A stretch of DNA of 64,000 nucleotides, taken from NCBI RefSeq assembly GCF_018977255.1, contig NW_024704742.1, positions 30,382,001 through 30,446,000 of the forward strand, written 5' to 3'. The translations under genes were made by a program, and so were the position numbers. Within the stretch, counting starts at the first letter, position 1, and each line of letters begins with the position of its first letter. Under the pieces are notes generated by a model. That model was not told the origin of the DNA, did not search any database, and saw only the letters and a program-made list of their open reading frames with translations. The stretch is from Callorhinchus milii (taxonomy: Eukaryota). Below, piece after piece: positions 24,580 to 37,957 of this stretch.

Positions 24580-25982
24580 CTGCAAAATGAAAAACCATGG
24601 GAAAAGCAAATAGATTTTCAAATAGCGACCATCATCAAGTACCTATATCTGCAACCATTAGGGCCGGATTAACCAACAAGACATCTAAGCCATGGTTTAG
24701 GGGCCCGAGCTCTGAGAGGGCCCCAGACATGGTTTGCACCTTTACCTCCCACTCTGCCTCTCTTCCCGTCTACTCTTCATGATATTCGGCATGAGGCAGT
24801 GCGGGAGCTGAGCGGGCTAAGGACACCAAGTTCTAAAATATTTTCTTGCACTGGTTCTTTCTGAAGTTATCTGGCTTGCTTTGTTGTATTATATGCAGTG
24901 CTCCCACATGAATGTGAAAAGGAAACACACTGCAAATGGAGTTAAGTAAAGGAACCCAGCAACTTAATAGATTTCTGCAATGAACGCTTCCCCAGCCTCT
25001 TAAAAGAGCAGTGCAAGATAGCCAAAATGAATGGCCATATAAATCAGAAGGTCACAGGTTCAAGACTGTGGGGAGGTGGCTGTTGCTCTCACATGGGAAT
25101 AATACTGTGGTTAGGGTAATGTGGTTTGTCTCATCTCGCCTTGGATGAGACAGAACAGGAAAAGTATCCAAGGATGTTTCCACACTTATGCTCTTTGCTG
25201 CAAGGGGTGGGTGGGTGGGAGACAAGGCCGAGTGGTACTGGGAGATCAAGGGTGAGGGAGGAAAGTGGCTGAAGAAAATTAAGCGTTTCTACTGCTGATA
25301 TCCCCTTCACAACCCCCTCGGCTCCCAACCCCATCAAAGACATTCTCAGTGATGATGGATCTGACCCCATTGCACTTCCAGATACTCTGTTTGTGATCCC
25401 TGATCTGCTATTCACTCTTCTCCTCCAGGAATAATACCAGTACATATTCCAACACTGCAGCACTGTGTAAAGTGAATGTGATATCTTTTGAGATCAAGAT
25501 TACACCCTAAAGTTAACACTAACCCTGCTTTAAATGTCTTCCAGCATTAATAAATTGGCAATTTTCCATTAAGCTGTTAATAACCATTATTTGCTTATGG
25601 CGCTAAGAGGAAGCTAGCCCTTGTGTGGGCTGACTGCAAGGAAATGGCCCCATAGATATTTACCATATGTGATTTGCTTAAAGGAAGCTGCCGCTTCCAA
25701 GATTAGGGAAAATTATGAGTCCAGAGAGACACAAACTCAAAACTACTTTCTGCTCTCAAACTAACACCCCATCTCAACCTCCCGTTCCTCTCCAAGGGCC
25801 TGGAATGAGTCATTGTTTCCCAGCTTCGCTCCTTTCTCTCCCACCAATCCCAACACGAATCCCTCCAATCAGGTTTTTGTACTGACTTTCCAGCACCTAG
25901 GCACATCCTCCCGACATGATAGGCTCTATACAAATGTAATTTTGCTGTTGTTTTTGATAATAAAGTAATATACAGTACTTAC

Positions 25983-26080
25983 AGTCAGGTGACAGCTTTT
26001 CTTCAAATGATTTGTAATATCTATTGAGAAGTTCTAAATTCTCCTGATTGATAATTTCTTGCAGAGAGATGTCTCCAAAC
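25983..26080 (-). CDS. INPP4B: INPP4B coding exon
   Basis: catag| acceptor and |gtaagt donor; 98 nt, FGDISLQEIINQENLELLNRYYKSFEEKLSPD(C). Confidence 0.95.
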
Positions 26081-26305
26081 CTATGATAACAAAAAATTAA
26101 AAGTCTTGGCCTGGCATCACAAATGAAATTGACTGGGAACAAATACAACTGCCGACAAGGAGTATGTTTGAGAGAAAAGTTTATCAAGGATTGGTTTGCT
26201 CCTGTTACACATACAGCTGCGCAAATAGCTGTGATTTGCATGAGGACAGTATGTGCTTGAGATTATCACACTGTACTACAGCCATACCCAGTCACTCCAA
26301 ACTTC

Positions 26306-27110
26306 AACAACAACAACAACAAGATTGCATTTATAGAGCGCCTTTCACGTCAGGACGTCCCAAGGCACTGGATAGTTGAGTCGGGACCCGAGCAGGGGGG
26401 AAATGGTCAGGGTGAGGGGAGGGAAGGGAGGGAGCGAGGAGGGGGTACAGAGTCGAGAGAGGAGGTGAAGGTACGGTTGAAGAGAAAGGTCTTGAGACCG
26501 GCCTTGAAGGAAGAAAGGGAGGAGGCGGCGAAGGCACTGGGGGATGGAGTTCCAGAGCCTAGGGGCTGAGAGGCTGAAAGCCCGGCCACCGTTGGTAAGG
26601 CGGTTAGGTCGGGGGATGTGGAGCAGACCAGAGCCAGAGGAACGGAGGGTACGGGCAGGTAAGTAGGGGGATAGTAGGTCGGAGAGGTAGGAGGGAGCAA
26701 GGACGTGAATAGCCTTGTAGGTGAGGATGAGGATCTTGAATTCGATCCTCTGGGGGATGGGGAGCCAGTGGAGGCGAGCGAGGGTGGGAGTGATGTGGTC
26801 CCGAAGCCTGGTGCGGGACAGTACACGAGCTGCAGAGTTCTGAATGACCTGCAGCTTGTGGAGGGAGGTGCTGGGAAGGCCGGCGAGGAGAGAGTTTCCA
26901 TAGTCCAGACTTGAGGTGATAAAGGAGTGGACCAGTGTTTCAGCAGCGTGAGGGGTGAGGTAGAGCCGTAGTCTGGCGATGTTCCGGAGGTGGTGGAAGG
27001 CGGTGCCAGTTGTGGTGCGGATGTGGGGAAGAAAGGACAGCTCAGGGTCGAACAGAACACCGAGGTTCCTGATTGGCTTTGAGAGGTGGAGAATGCAGCC
27101 TTGGATGCAG
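26306..27110 (-). mobile_element. L2 LINE 3' fragment, same subfamily as 20090-21916
   Basis: ORF 26345-27127 is nearly identical to the C-terminal part of ORF 20701-21744; (CAA)n tail at 26306. Confidence 0.92.
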
Positions 27111-30100
27111 CTTGGATTCAAATACACAAGACCAACAGCATTGGCAGACTGACCGCTTAATTTTATATAAAATGGAACGAACTATAGAAAAAAAACAGGG
27201 GCATGTCAAGCAACCTGGGAGAAAGGCTCACTAGGGAGAAAGCAATGAGGCTGATCTACATGGCTGTTGGACAGATACTACACATGGAAAGAACACATCT
27301 GCTTATGGTTCATTCAATAGGTCTACTAGTAAAGGTTATGTATTGTAAAGAAAGACACCGAAGTACTGGGTCCAACAATTATAATCAACTCAAAGTCCAC
27401 TAGCAATAGTGAAACATGTATTTTAGAACTGTATAAGTGAGCAGTAATACAACTTTAAGGCATTGTGCAATTAAATTAGCATCTTCAAGTTAGGAGAGGA
27501 CAAAAATGGGTGGAGAGGGGGCTGGGGGTGGAATTAAATATTAAACCATCGCTCTGGTCAGGTGGATGGTAAGGATCCCATGGTACTATTCGCAAAAAGA
27601 AGGGAGTTTCTCCTAGTGTCCTGGGCAACAATACTCCAGATAAAACTGTTCTTTAATTTCATGGCTGTTTGTTGGACATTGCTGTGTGTAAATTAGCTGT
27701 TTCATTTGTCTACAAATGTAGTCAATTCATTTTTACACCAATAAGCGCTTTGGGGTATTTTGATGTTATAGGCTCTGAATCAAATAAAAGATTATTGGCA
27801 CTTTTACAGCAGTATTTTAGACGGGTAAAATAAAGGTGTTAATTTTTGTACATAATAAACTTGGTTGAGGATGATCAGCTTCCATGTTTTCAGAGGGGAA
27901 TAAGGAGAGGAAGTGAAAGTTAATGATGTGGTCCCATGAAACAGATAGCAAATGTGGGTAAGATTTAAAAGATACTTTGTGACCACGAATGCGAGAGTAA
28001 CCAGGTTTGATTCCCAGGTGGGGCAAAAGCAAGTTTCCTTACTTCACACACCACAGTTTACCTAACAGGAAATAGGAACCCGACTGTTAGTCAATTGGTG
28101 GATCACTTTCCGGGGGTAATAATCCCTCAAAAAAAAATTTAGTCACTGAATCTACGACTGTTTGTGGGACACTGCTGTGTGCAATTGGCTGCGGCATTTC
28201 ATCCACAAAATACAGTCAATTCACTTTACAATATACTGTGTGAAGTGCTTTGAGACTCAATATCAAATGCAAGGATTATTATTGTTATTAATAAGAAGAA
28301 TTGAAGTGCTATAATTAAATGCTCAAATTATTATTAATATTATTATTAATATTATTATTATAAAAATACTCCCCCACTCTTGTTCCTGAGAGCGGATCTG
28401 GTCTTAAAACAGCTTGAAATTTACGCCAGATCTCTGATACGCATCTCATGCTCTTTCCCAAAGGGAAATAATTACTTGGGGAGGACAAGTTTGCAGGGCT
28501 ACGGGGAGAGCACGGGGGAGTGGGATTGATTTGGATAGCTCTTTTCAAAGAGCTGGCACAGACGCGGTGGGCCGAATGGCTTCCTTCTGTGCTGTAGAAT
28601 TCTACGATTCTATGATATAATAATAATAATCCTTGCATTTGATATAGCGCTTTTCATGTCTTCTCGACATCTCAAAGCACTTCACAGGATATGCTGCAAA
28701 GTGAATTGACCATATATTTGTGGACGGAACACAGCAGCCAATTGCGCACAGCAACATCCCACAAACAGTCGTGGATTGAAAAATATAAATATTCTTAAAG
28801 GCAAGACGAGTGTGCATGTGTTTATTCTACTTGATTCTGCAATGCACTGGAAATAATATTAATAATCCATTTAAGGAGGGGGAGACATCAGCTCTCAGCA
28901 TCTCCTGCTCTGATATCTGCAGCCCACAAACTATACACAGCCTCACCCATTTCCAGTATAAAAGTTTAAAATAATGTGTTCACTCAATCCAAGACTGTTT
29001 ATGGATGTTGCTGTGCGCAATTGGCTACTACGTTTCTCCCACAAAATACACAGTCAATCCACTTTACAATGTAATCTGTGAAGCACTTTTGAGACGTCTC
29101 ATCGACGTGATAAGGCGCTTTATCAAATGTAAGGATTATTATCATGTAAAACCCTTTGAGAAGTCTAGGTGACATGATAAGACTATATCAAATGTAAGGA
29201 TTATAATTTTATTATTATTGTTATACTTGCTTCCTGAAAATAGTGTCTGACATTTCCAGTGGATGATTCAAATCTATCAAATCTTCTGCTAGTCTCAAAC
29301 GCTTGTCTTATTTAATTGGATCACAAGTTCAAACTTCCTTCCTGTGGTTGGAGATGCTCCGATTCCTGACATGATTTTATTTGAAGACATGTGACATTGC
29401 TGTATGTTCCTTATTACCATCTCGTTCCTTATAGCTTTATGCAATGTTATCCACTTTCCCAAGGTTAACGGCTGGATTTCCTGCCAATTCTGGTGGGTTT
29501 ACTTTCTGTGAAGACTTAACCTTGTTTAACAAAGGAAAATCTACAAAGGCTATAGACAATAAATAAGCTTTGCATTTGACATAGCGCACTATCATGTCAT
29601 CGAGACATCTCAAAGCACATGACAGGATATCCTGTAAAGTGCAGCCAATTTGAACACAGCAATGGCTCACAAACAGCTGAAGAGGGAGTAACCAATTTTA
29701 TTTGGTCCAGGGGTTAGATCTCCCTACTCTTTTTAAATAGTGCTCTGGGATCCAATGTCTACCTGGACAGCCATACAGGACCTCGGTTTTAGGTCTCATC
29801 ATGAAGGACCATGCAGTGCTTCCCCAGGACTGCATTGGAATGTCAACCTAGATTATATGGATTTCAAGTCCTGACGTGAGGCTTCAAACCACAACCTTTT
29901 GACTCAGAGACAATAATGCTATCAACTGAGCTAGGCTTGTTTAAACAAAAATATTTCACGCCAGCCTCCCATTGCTTGCCATAGATCAACCCAGGCCAGA
30001 AATGGTCCTTGAAAAAGCAACCCAGTTATATAAATGGATGAAAACTAAAACAAACAAACCAGCTGAAGCTGATTGAATTGAAGCAAAATACACACAGCCA

Positions 30101-30213
30101 CATCCTTTACAGTATAAAATTATTAAAATTGTTCACTCAATCCACGACTGTTTGTGGGGCAAACAGAATTGAAGCTGCATTTGCACATTGAATGCACAAT
30201 GACCTTAGCATAC

Positions 30214-30354
30214 CTCTCTGCCAAAGTTTGCTGCTCATTTATTCCCACGTTGAAAAGCACTGGATACACTCGCAACAAATTCCCGTCTTTAATCTCCTGC
30301 GGCAAAACCTCAAACAGTTTAGTTGGGAGCTGGACCTCTACCGTGTAAAAATCT
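30214..30354 (-). CDS. INPP4B: INPP4B coding exon
   Basis: ttgcag| acceptor and |gtatgc donor; 141 nt, [46 protein letters not shown](R); [15 protein letters not shown] is an INPP4 hallmark. Confidence 0.96.
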
Positions 30355-30774
30355 CTGCAACAAAACCCACCAGAGAGAAAAGAGGAAAAAATTAACAAGG
30401 TTTTAATAAGATTTCTGGCCCCAGAAGCACGGACAACAGAAAACACATCGGTCAAGAAAACATCCCTTTTTTTTTGGTCAGCCTGGTGTTTGGCACATGC
30501 GGAAACCCATCACCCCAAGCTTAAGAGTATCCAAACCAAACTGAGAATTCCATGCATCCCACCTACATATGGAAATCCCAGAGACAGATTGTTGGAATGG
30601 AATGTGCACTCTCCTCCTGTAGATTAATATTAAGTATTAGAAAATATCCTGGCACCTTAAGCTGCCCCGGGGCATGCAGCCATATGCTAACGGTACAAGA
30701 ACCCTTTCAAGATTTGATATAACCAGTACAGAACAGCTTTAGCGTGAAATGTAAGAACAACAACAACAATTACA

Positions 30775-31150
30775 AACAAAAACAGAAGTCGCTGGGAACA
30801 CTCAGCAGGTCAGGCAGCATCTATGGAGAAAGGAAAGTGAGTCAACATTTCGGGTCCACGACACTTCGTCAGAACTGGGGCATGTTGGGAGGGAGCGGCT
30901 TTTAAGGGCTAACAGGGAAGAGGGAGGCAGGACAAGGAAGACAAAGGAGAAAATGGGGTAGAGGACAGGGGATGATGGGTTAAAGAGGTATTAATGATGC
31001 AGAACAAAGGGGGTGGGTTTGCAAAAAAGCGGGGGAATAGAGGTGTTAATACTGCAGAACAAAACGGGTGGGGGTGGGGGGAGGAAAAGAACTTGTGACA
31101 AAACAGGCAGATAAGGGAGAGAAAAGGTGTGTCTGGGACCAAGATGATGT
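30775..31150 (-). mobile_element. Solo Penelope 3' terminal repeat with hammerhead motif at 30840-30876
   Basis: Reverse complement of about 40925-41283; contains AGUU-CUGACGA-...-GAAA-U-GUU-GACU. Confidence 0.8.
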
Positions 31151-32113
31151 GGTTGGCAAGAGCCAAGGCTGGGGGCACCCAGAGTGTGCGTTGGGTACAA
31201 GCAGACTAGTTGGGTAGTTTTGCTTTTTTCTGACCAGCAAAAATCACGCAGGTTTTCATTGCAAGGACTGCCGAGCAACCTTTCCACTCTTATAGTCCAA
31301 GCAGGATCAAAACTCATCACTGAAATCATTGGAGACAACTGCACTGTTGGGCAATAAATCTATACAACAGAAGGTGGCTCAACCTGATCATCTCTGTAAT
31401 TTACTGGACATTTCCACTGCAGAATGCGATAAAGCAACATTTGAGATACAGATTTGCACGTCTTAAATCAGAATATTCCTGGAATACAGTAAAACATTTC
31501 TGTTACAAATTGTAAAATGTTACCCATTGCAGTGCAAAGGATTCCGTGGTGGATTCTATGAATTCTGGACCTTGACAGGTCAGCTCCACTTATCTGGATT
31601 CCAGCATCTGCAGTATTTTGTGTTTTGTCCACTTATCTGTCACTCTGTATATTCAGCCGCAAGACAAGGATATTAAAAATCATTACGAAATCGGGAGGCA
31701 AGCAGGATATTGTGATTTCCTTGGAGCTGTGTTGGCTCCAATGTGACATACTTGACAGTGAAATATCAGAATCAAGCCAACCCTCTGTGGCAGTCTCGGT
31801 TGTCCATTAACTGAACCAGACGAATCCTCAGTACTACAGAATACTGCTGCTGACAGACCAGCCAGCCGGGCTCATTGGTAGGACTTAGACCACTGACCAG
31901 GGGCAGGATTCCTTCCCACTCAGTCCCACTGGAATGCCATAACCCAAAAGGATGAGATTGTTCAAGCTGAACAAGCAGTGGGAAGCTTGCTTTCAACAGC
32001 AAGCTATGTGATTTTAGATGATTAAACTCCAGTGGTACCCCCAACACACAAACTGTGGTCCCCAAGCCTTGTACTTCACCAACCTGCACCTAATGCTCTC
32101 TGTAGTTAGGTAA

Positions 32114-32344
<231 letters not shown>

Positions 32345-33690
32345 TAACAGAAATCTATCCACCTCAGTCTTGAAAATTGAGTCCAGTATACCTATACGCA
32401 TGGTGATGGGTTTCTATTTGAGTAAGACACACAGAAAAATAGTTTAGATCTCTATAAGAATAAATGATTACTTAACTACTTTGACCTTTGATCTGTTATA
32501 AAACTCTCCCTGCTTTTAAAACTCTTTTCAGTTTTTCTATTTTGATCATGACGTTAGTCAACACCCTTAATGTCACCTTCAGAAACACCCAGTGTCTCGC
32601 TCCACCACATCTTGGGAACCTCTTTCAAGTCCATCGACCTGGTCGCTTCCTTCTCACAGCGAACACTGGCCTCCTTCATGTCCCGTCCCATCTGTCCCAT
32701 TCACCAGCAAGCTCCCAGCCATTCTGCCCCTGCTTTCTGGAATTTCATCCCAGAGTCCCTCCTACTCGCTTCTTCCCACCCCTCTTTTAAACTGCATCTC
32801 AAAACGTATTTGACTCCACTTTTGGTCCTCCTTCCCCTCCCCAATCCTTTCAGCTCCCACCCCCAGCTCAGCTTCGCAGCAATGTTAAGCGATTTGAGAC
32901 ATCCTCCCGACATGACAGATGCTATTGAAATGTAAACTGTACTGTATAAATTCCCCTTCTTTCCTCTTTGCTCAAGATTGTTGTTCATCGTTCATTGTTC
33001 ATCCTATGTGAAAGGAGCAATATTGGTGTAAGTTATTTACATAAGGAGCAATGAACAACTGGAATGGCTTTTGCCATATGTGTGGTTGAGGTCAAGACAT
33101 GGGATTCATTTAAGAAAGCTGCAGCAATGGGAAGATGGTAGAGATGGTATTTTAGAAAAGGGAGATCAAACAGTCCACAGGATTTTCTTCCTCAAGGAAT
33201 TTTTAAGCACAGGAGAAGTTCAGCCTATTTCCCTTCTCAAATATTGTCATCTGGCCAAATCTTGTAAATAATTGCTAGATAATGGCTCCAAAGTGCAATT
33301 TTCTCCAATACAATTTGTAACGCATTAACTTAAAATTAAAGTTAGACCATTTAGGAATGAAATCAGGAACCCTAATAATCGTAAGCCCTTTTTCACACAA
33401 AGGTTAGTGGATATCTGGAACTCTCTTCTTCCAAACCGCCGTGGATGCTGTATCAATTAAAAATTTCAAGACTGAGGTGGATAGATATTTGTTAGGTAAT
33501 TGTATCAAGGAATATGGAGCAAAGATGGGTAACTGGAGTTGAGGTACGTGATCTCAAAGAATGGCGGAACAGGCTTGAGGGGCTGAACGGCCTACTCCCA
33601 TTGCTATGTTCCCAATGCACAATACTCTCGAGAACACAAGAGATCACAAGACTGAGGGTCACAACGCTGCTGTTACTATTTTGTTCATAC

Positions 33691-33823
33691 CTCACTCCAG
33701 TCACAACAGGGAAGAGTTCAGCGCTGGCATTCTCCTCCAGCTGTGCTTGAACAACTTTGAATGTCACCTTCTGCAAATCCGAGATTCCCACTGACATGTC
33801 CTCCAGCATCCCAATCTCTTCAC
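33691..33823 (-). CDS. INPP4B: INPP4B coding exon
   Basis: cttttag| acceptor and |gtatga donor; 133 nt, [43 protein letters not shown](R). Confidence 0.95.
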
Positions 33824-33849
33824 CTAAAAGTGAAAAGCATACAGGTTAT

Positions 33850-34640
33850 ACTCCTTGGCTCCAGTCAATGTCTTCACTCCTGTGGATCTAAACTCCTCAA
33901 TCTCCCTAGGCTCTCCCTCAGACTCAATGGACCAGTGTGCAACCGAGGCATCCGGCTAGACCCCCAGCTGTCCTTCCTCCACCACATCTGGTCCCTGACC
34001 AGGATCGCCTTCTTCCACTTCCGCCACATTGCCCGCCTCCGAGCGCGTACCATGCCCCAAATGCAGCCAAAACCCGCGTGCGTACTTTTATCATCTCTCA
34101 GCTGGATTACTCCAACAGACTCCTCGCCTGTCTTCCCAGCTCCACCATTCACAAGATCCAGCTCATTCAAAACTCTGCCGCCCGCATACTGACCCAGACC
34201 AAACTCCGTACCCACATCTCACCAGTTCTGGCCAGGCTCCACTGGCTCCCCATCACTGAATGGATCGATTTCAAGATTCTCACACTCGTGTTAAAATACA
34301 TTCATTCCCTGGCACCTCCCTAACTCTCCGACCCCCTCACTCCCCAATCCACCATCCGGCACCTCCGCTCAGCTGGCACCGGCTTCCTGCTCATCCCTTA
34401 GACCCGCCATCCCACCATTGGAGGGCGCGATTTCAGCCACTACACACCGAAAGTCTGGAACACTCTCCCTCAATCGCTCCATCTTGCCCCCTCTCTCCCC
34501 TCTTTCAAGTCCCACCTGAAAACTTTCCTCTTCGACCGTGCTTAAGGCCCCCTCCCCCTGGCTTGGAGTCAAACTCTGGCACTGAGACGCTTTCCAGTGT
34601 GGAGGGTGCTATATAAGTGCAAGTTGTTGTTGTTGTTGTT
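33850..34640 (+). mobile_element. Older L2 3' fragment
   Basis: [26 protein letters not shown] motifs and (TTG)n tail; begins about 27 bp beyond the acceptor end of exon 33691-33823. Confidence 0.8.
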
Positions 34641-35292
34641 ATTATAAGCGGTGGCAGCGTTTCCAAGAACCCAAAAGAGATCCATTAAGCTCTGCGGGAC
34701 GCTACCCCGTGTGAAGAGTGCTATATAAATGCAAGCTGTTGTTATTAAATATGCACGGGTGAGGGTGGGGGGGAAGGTTAGAGGATATTTTATTCACAAG
34801 ATCAAAAGATCAGTTCAGAGGAAGAAGGCCCTTCGGACCATCTCATCCCCCAGAATACCAACCCTACCATTCCCCCATCACAGCATCAAACTGTTTTTTT
34901 AAATGAGTCCAGTGTCCTGTCCTCAAACACCCTTCATTATAAAGATACAAAAAAACTTGTTGTAACAGTCAGCATAACCTTAGACCCCATTACCTATACA
35001 TCTTTCTGTATAAACACTTTGAAATGTCCTCCCAATGTGAAAGGTGGTAGTTAGAGGCAAATCGAATTGTATTTTGAATTTCGGGAGCGTAATGAATGGC
35101 CAGTTGTGCATCTTTCGCTTTCTTAACAAGGTTGCTATCAAGAGATGTAGTGTCGAGTCCTGACACTGGGCTATAATTCACTACCCCAAGCCTTGTTTTG
35201 GACTTTGTTGACTGTCAGAATCAGTGATCATCCATTTGGCGAATATCACAAATGAAAGACTTTACAGCAGATGAAAAGAATGTGCTACTCAC

Positions 35293-35416
35293 TGTAAGTG
35301 CTGAGAAGTCCTTCGAAGTGTACAAGCAAGCCTACAGTGTGAAGCTGTCGTAGGAAGCCCTGGTCATGTAAACACGTGTGCAGTTTGATCACAAACCCAC
35401 AGACCAAGGCTGCAAG
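35293..35416 (-). CDS. INPP4B: INPP4B coding exon
   Basis: ttgtag| acceptor and |gtgagt donor; 124 nt, [41 protein letters not shown](S). Confidence 0.95.
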
Positions 35417-35719
35417 CTACAAAAACAAGAAAGAATTGGATTCACATCAACAGTTGGACAGTGGAGACCTGAAAGTCCACATACTTTTAGCTTCTAACAC
35501 CATATTCGCTTACCTTTAAGGTGGGCAATTTATAAATTCAGTGTTAAACCTGAAGACTGTTTAAAACTGTATAAAACTGCCTTTCAAATTAAGCCTAAGA
35601 ATTATCCACAATTCTGTGCAGTCTTACATTTTACAAGAACAATTTAAACGTCTTATAGACTAAGACTAGGTGGAATTTCTAGGCATGGATCTCAAATGCT
35701 ATTTAGTGAAGATAAGCCA

Positions 35720-36475
35720 TAGGTTTTATAAGCTAGATGGTACAATCTTAAATTTATAAGTAAATCTTTGAAGGTGGCAGGACAGGTAGATAAAGCTGTT
35801 AAAATAAAGCATACAGGATACTAGGCTTTATAAATAGGGGCATAGAATACAAAAGTCAGGAAGTTATAATGAACCTTTATAAAACACTGGTTAGGCCTCA
35901 GCTTGAGTATTGTGTTCAGTTCCGGGCACCACACTTTAGGAAGGATGTCAAGGCATTGGAGAGGGTGCAAAGGAGATTTACCAGGATGGTACCAGGAATG
36001 AGGGACTTCAGTTATCGGGAGAGGCTAGAGAAGCTAGGATTATTCTTCTTGAAGCAGAGAAGGTTAAAAGGAGACTTAATAGAAGTTTTCAAAACTATGA
36101 GGGGATTCGATAGCATAAGCAAGGAGAAATTATTTCCACTGGCAGGTGGGTCGGTAACCCGAGGACTCCGATTTAAAATAGTCGTTAAAAGAAACAGAGG
36201 GAAGGTGAGGAGAAATTTTTTCACACTGCGAGTTGTTCGGATCTGGAATGCATTGCCTGAAATGATGGTGCAAGCCGATTTGATAACAACTTTTAAGAGA
36301 GAAGTAGAACATGCTACAATTGAGGCAAATAGCATAGACGTATTTAAGGGAAAGCTAGATAGGTACATGAAATAGGAAGAAAGGAATAGAAGGTTATGCT
36401 TGAAGGCTTAGTTGAGGAAGGGCAGGAGGAGGCTCATGTGGAGCATAAACACCGGCATAGACCAGTTAGGCCGAA
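35720..36475 (+). mobile_element. CR1-clade LINE 3' fragment
   Basis: LYKTLVRPQLEYCVQF.APHFRKDVKALERVQRRFTRMVPG..YRERLEKLGLF is the CR1 ORF2 C-terminus; CR1-type 3' UTR follows. Confidence 0.9.
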
Positions 36476-37957
36476 CAACAACAACAAAATTACATTTATA
36501 GAGCGCCTTTCACATCAGGAGGATGTGTCTGCGTCCCAAAGCGCTGAACAGTCAGGTGTCAGAGCCCGAGCATGAGAGAGGAGTGGTTTAGGGGTGAGGA
36601 AAGGCAGAGAGGTGGGAGGGAGACCAAAGGCACGGTCGAAGAGAAGGGTCTTGAGACCGGCCTTGAAGGAGGCACGGGAGGAAGCGAGGTGAAGGGAGTG
36701 TGGGATGCAGTTCCAGAGTGTGGGGGCAGAGTGACTGAAGGCCCGGCCACCGATGGTAGGGCGGGTCGGGCAGGAATCATGGAGCAGGCCGGAGCCCGCT
36801 GAACGGAGTGAGCGGGCAGGTTGGTAGGGAGTCAGCAGGTCAGAGAGGTAGGAGGGGGCAAGGCCATGGATGGCCATGAAGGTGAGGATGAGGATCTTGA
36901 ACTCAATCCTCTGGGGGATGGGGAGCCAGTGGAGTCGGGCGAAGATGGAAGTGATGGAGTCACGGAGTCTGGTGCGAGAGTACACAAGCTGCAGAGTTTT
37001 GGATGATCTGCAGTTTGTGAAGGGAAAAGTTCGGAAGGTCGGTGAGGAGGGAGTTCCCGTAATCGAGCCTTGATGTGACGAATGTGTGGCTGAGGGTTTG
37101 GCAGCCTGAGGGGTGAGGCAGTGGCAGAGTCTGGCAATGTTACGGAGGTGGTGGTAGGCAATGCCAGTCATGGCGCGGATGTGGGGGAGAAAGGACAGTT
37201 CATGGTGGAGTCCTGTAGCTCAGTGGTTAGAGCACTCGCTTTGCAAGCGAGAGACCTGAGTTCAATTCCAGGCAGAGGGCGAAACCTTGGGCAAGTTTCC
37301 TTACTCCACACAGAGCCTAATAATAATCCCTCCAAAACCAAAAACAATAATAAATTGGTCAGTTTCAATCTACGACTGTTTGTGGGACATTGCTGTGCGC
37401 AATTGACTGCCGCGTTTGCCCACAAATATACAGTCAGTTCACTTTACAGTGTATTCTGTGAAGCGCTTTGGGACGTCCTCCCGACGTGAAAAGCGCTATA
37501 TCAAATGCAAGGATTATTATTATTATTATTAAACAAGACACCCAGGTTCCTGACTGGCTTAGTGAGGTTGAGTGTACAGCCGTGGAGGCTGATGCTGCCA
37601 GCGCCTGAGGTGCGGAGGCGCTGGCGCGAGCCAATCAGGAGGGCCTCGGTCTTGCTGACGTTGAGTTGGAGAAAGTTGGCCCTCATCCAGGACTTGATGT
37701 CAGACAGGCAGTCGGTCAGGACCTCAGTAGTCCTGGAGTTCAGGGTGGAGGCAGAGAGATAGAGTTGGGTGCCATCCGCATACATGTGGAAATTTACCCC
37801 ATGTCTGCGGATGATGTCACCAAGGGGGAGCATGTAGAGGGTGAAGAGGAGGGGACCGAGGACAGAGCCCTGAGGAACACCGCACAAGACGGTGCGGGGA
37901 CTGGAGGAAAAGCCGTTTGCCGCGACGAAGTGGAGGCGGTGTGAAAGGTAGGACCTG
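36476..37957 (-). mobile_element. L2 LINE fragment interrupted by a SINE and itself inserted in a CR1 tail
   Basis: [21 protein letters not shown] and [19 protein letters not shown] at 37205-37530; CR1 tail resumes at about 37958. Confidence 0.9.
37205..37530 (+). mobile_element. tRNA-derived SINE, short family (internally deleted variant), L2-type tail with (ATT)n
   Basis: A box TAGCTCAGTGG, B box GAGTTCAATTCC, Deu-like core ctgtttgtgggacattgctgtgcgcaatt, tail gcgctttgggacgtcctcccgacgtgaaaagcgc. Confidence 0.88.

Noticed and set aside
24658..24725. hAT-like transposon end (agggccggattaacc)
   Set aside because: I found no matching opposite terminus or target-site duplication.
37211..37280. 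tRNA gene
   Set aside because: The A and B boxes run directly into a SINE body and L2-type tail; the same applies at about 50045, 61291 and 62390.
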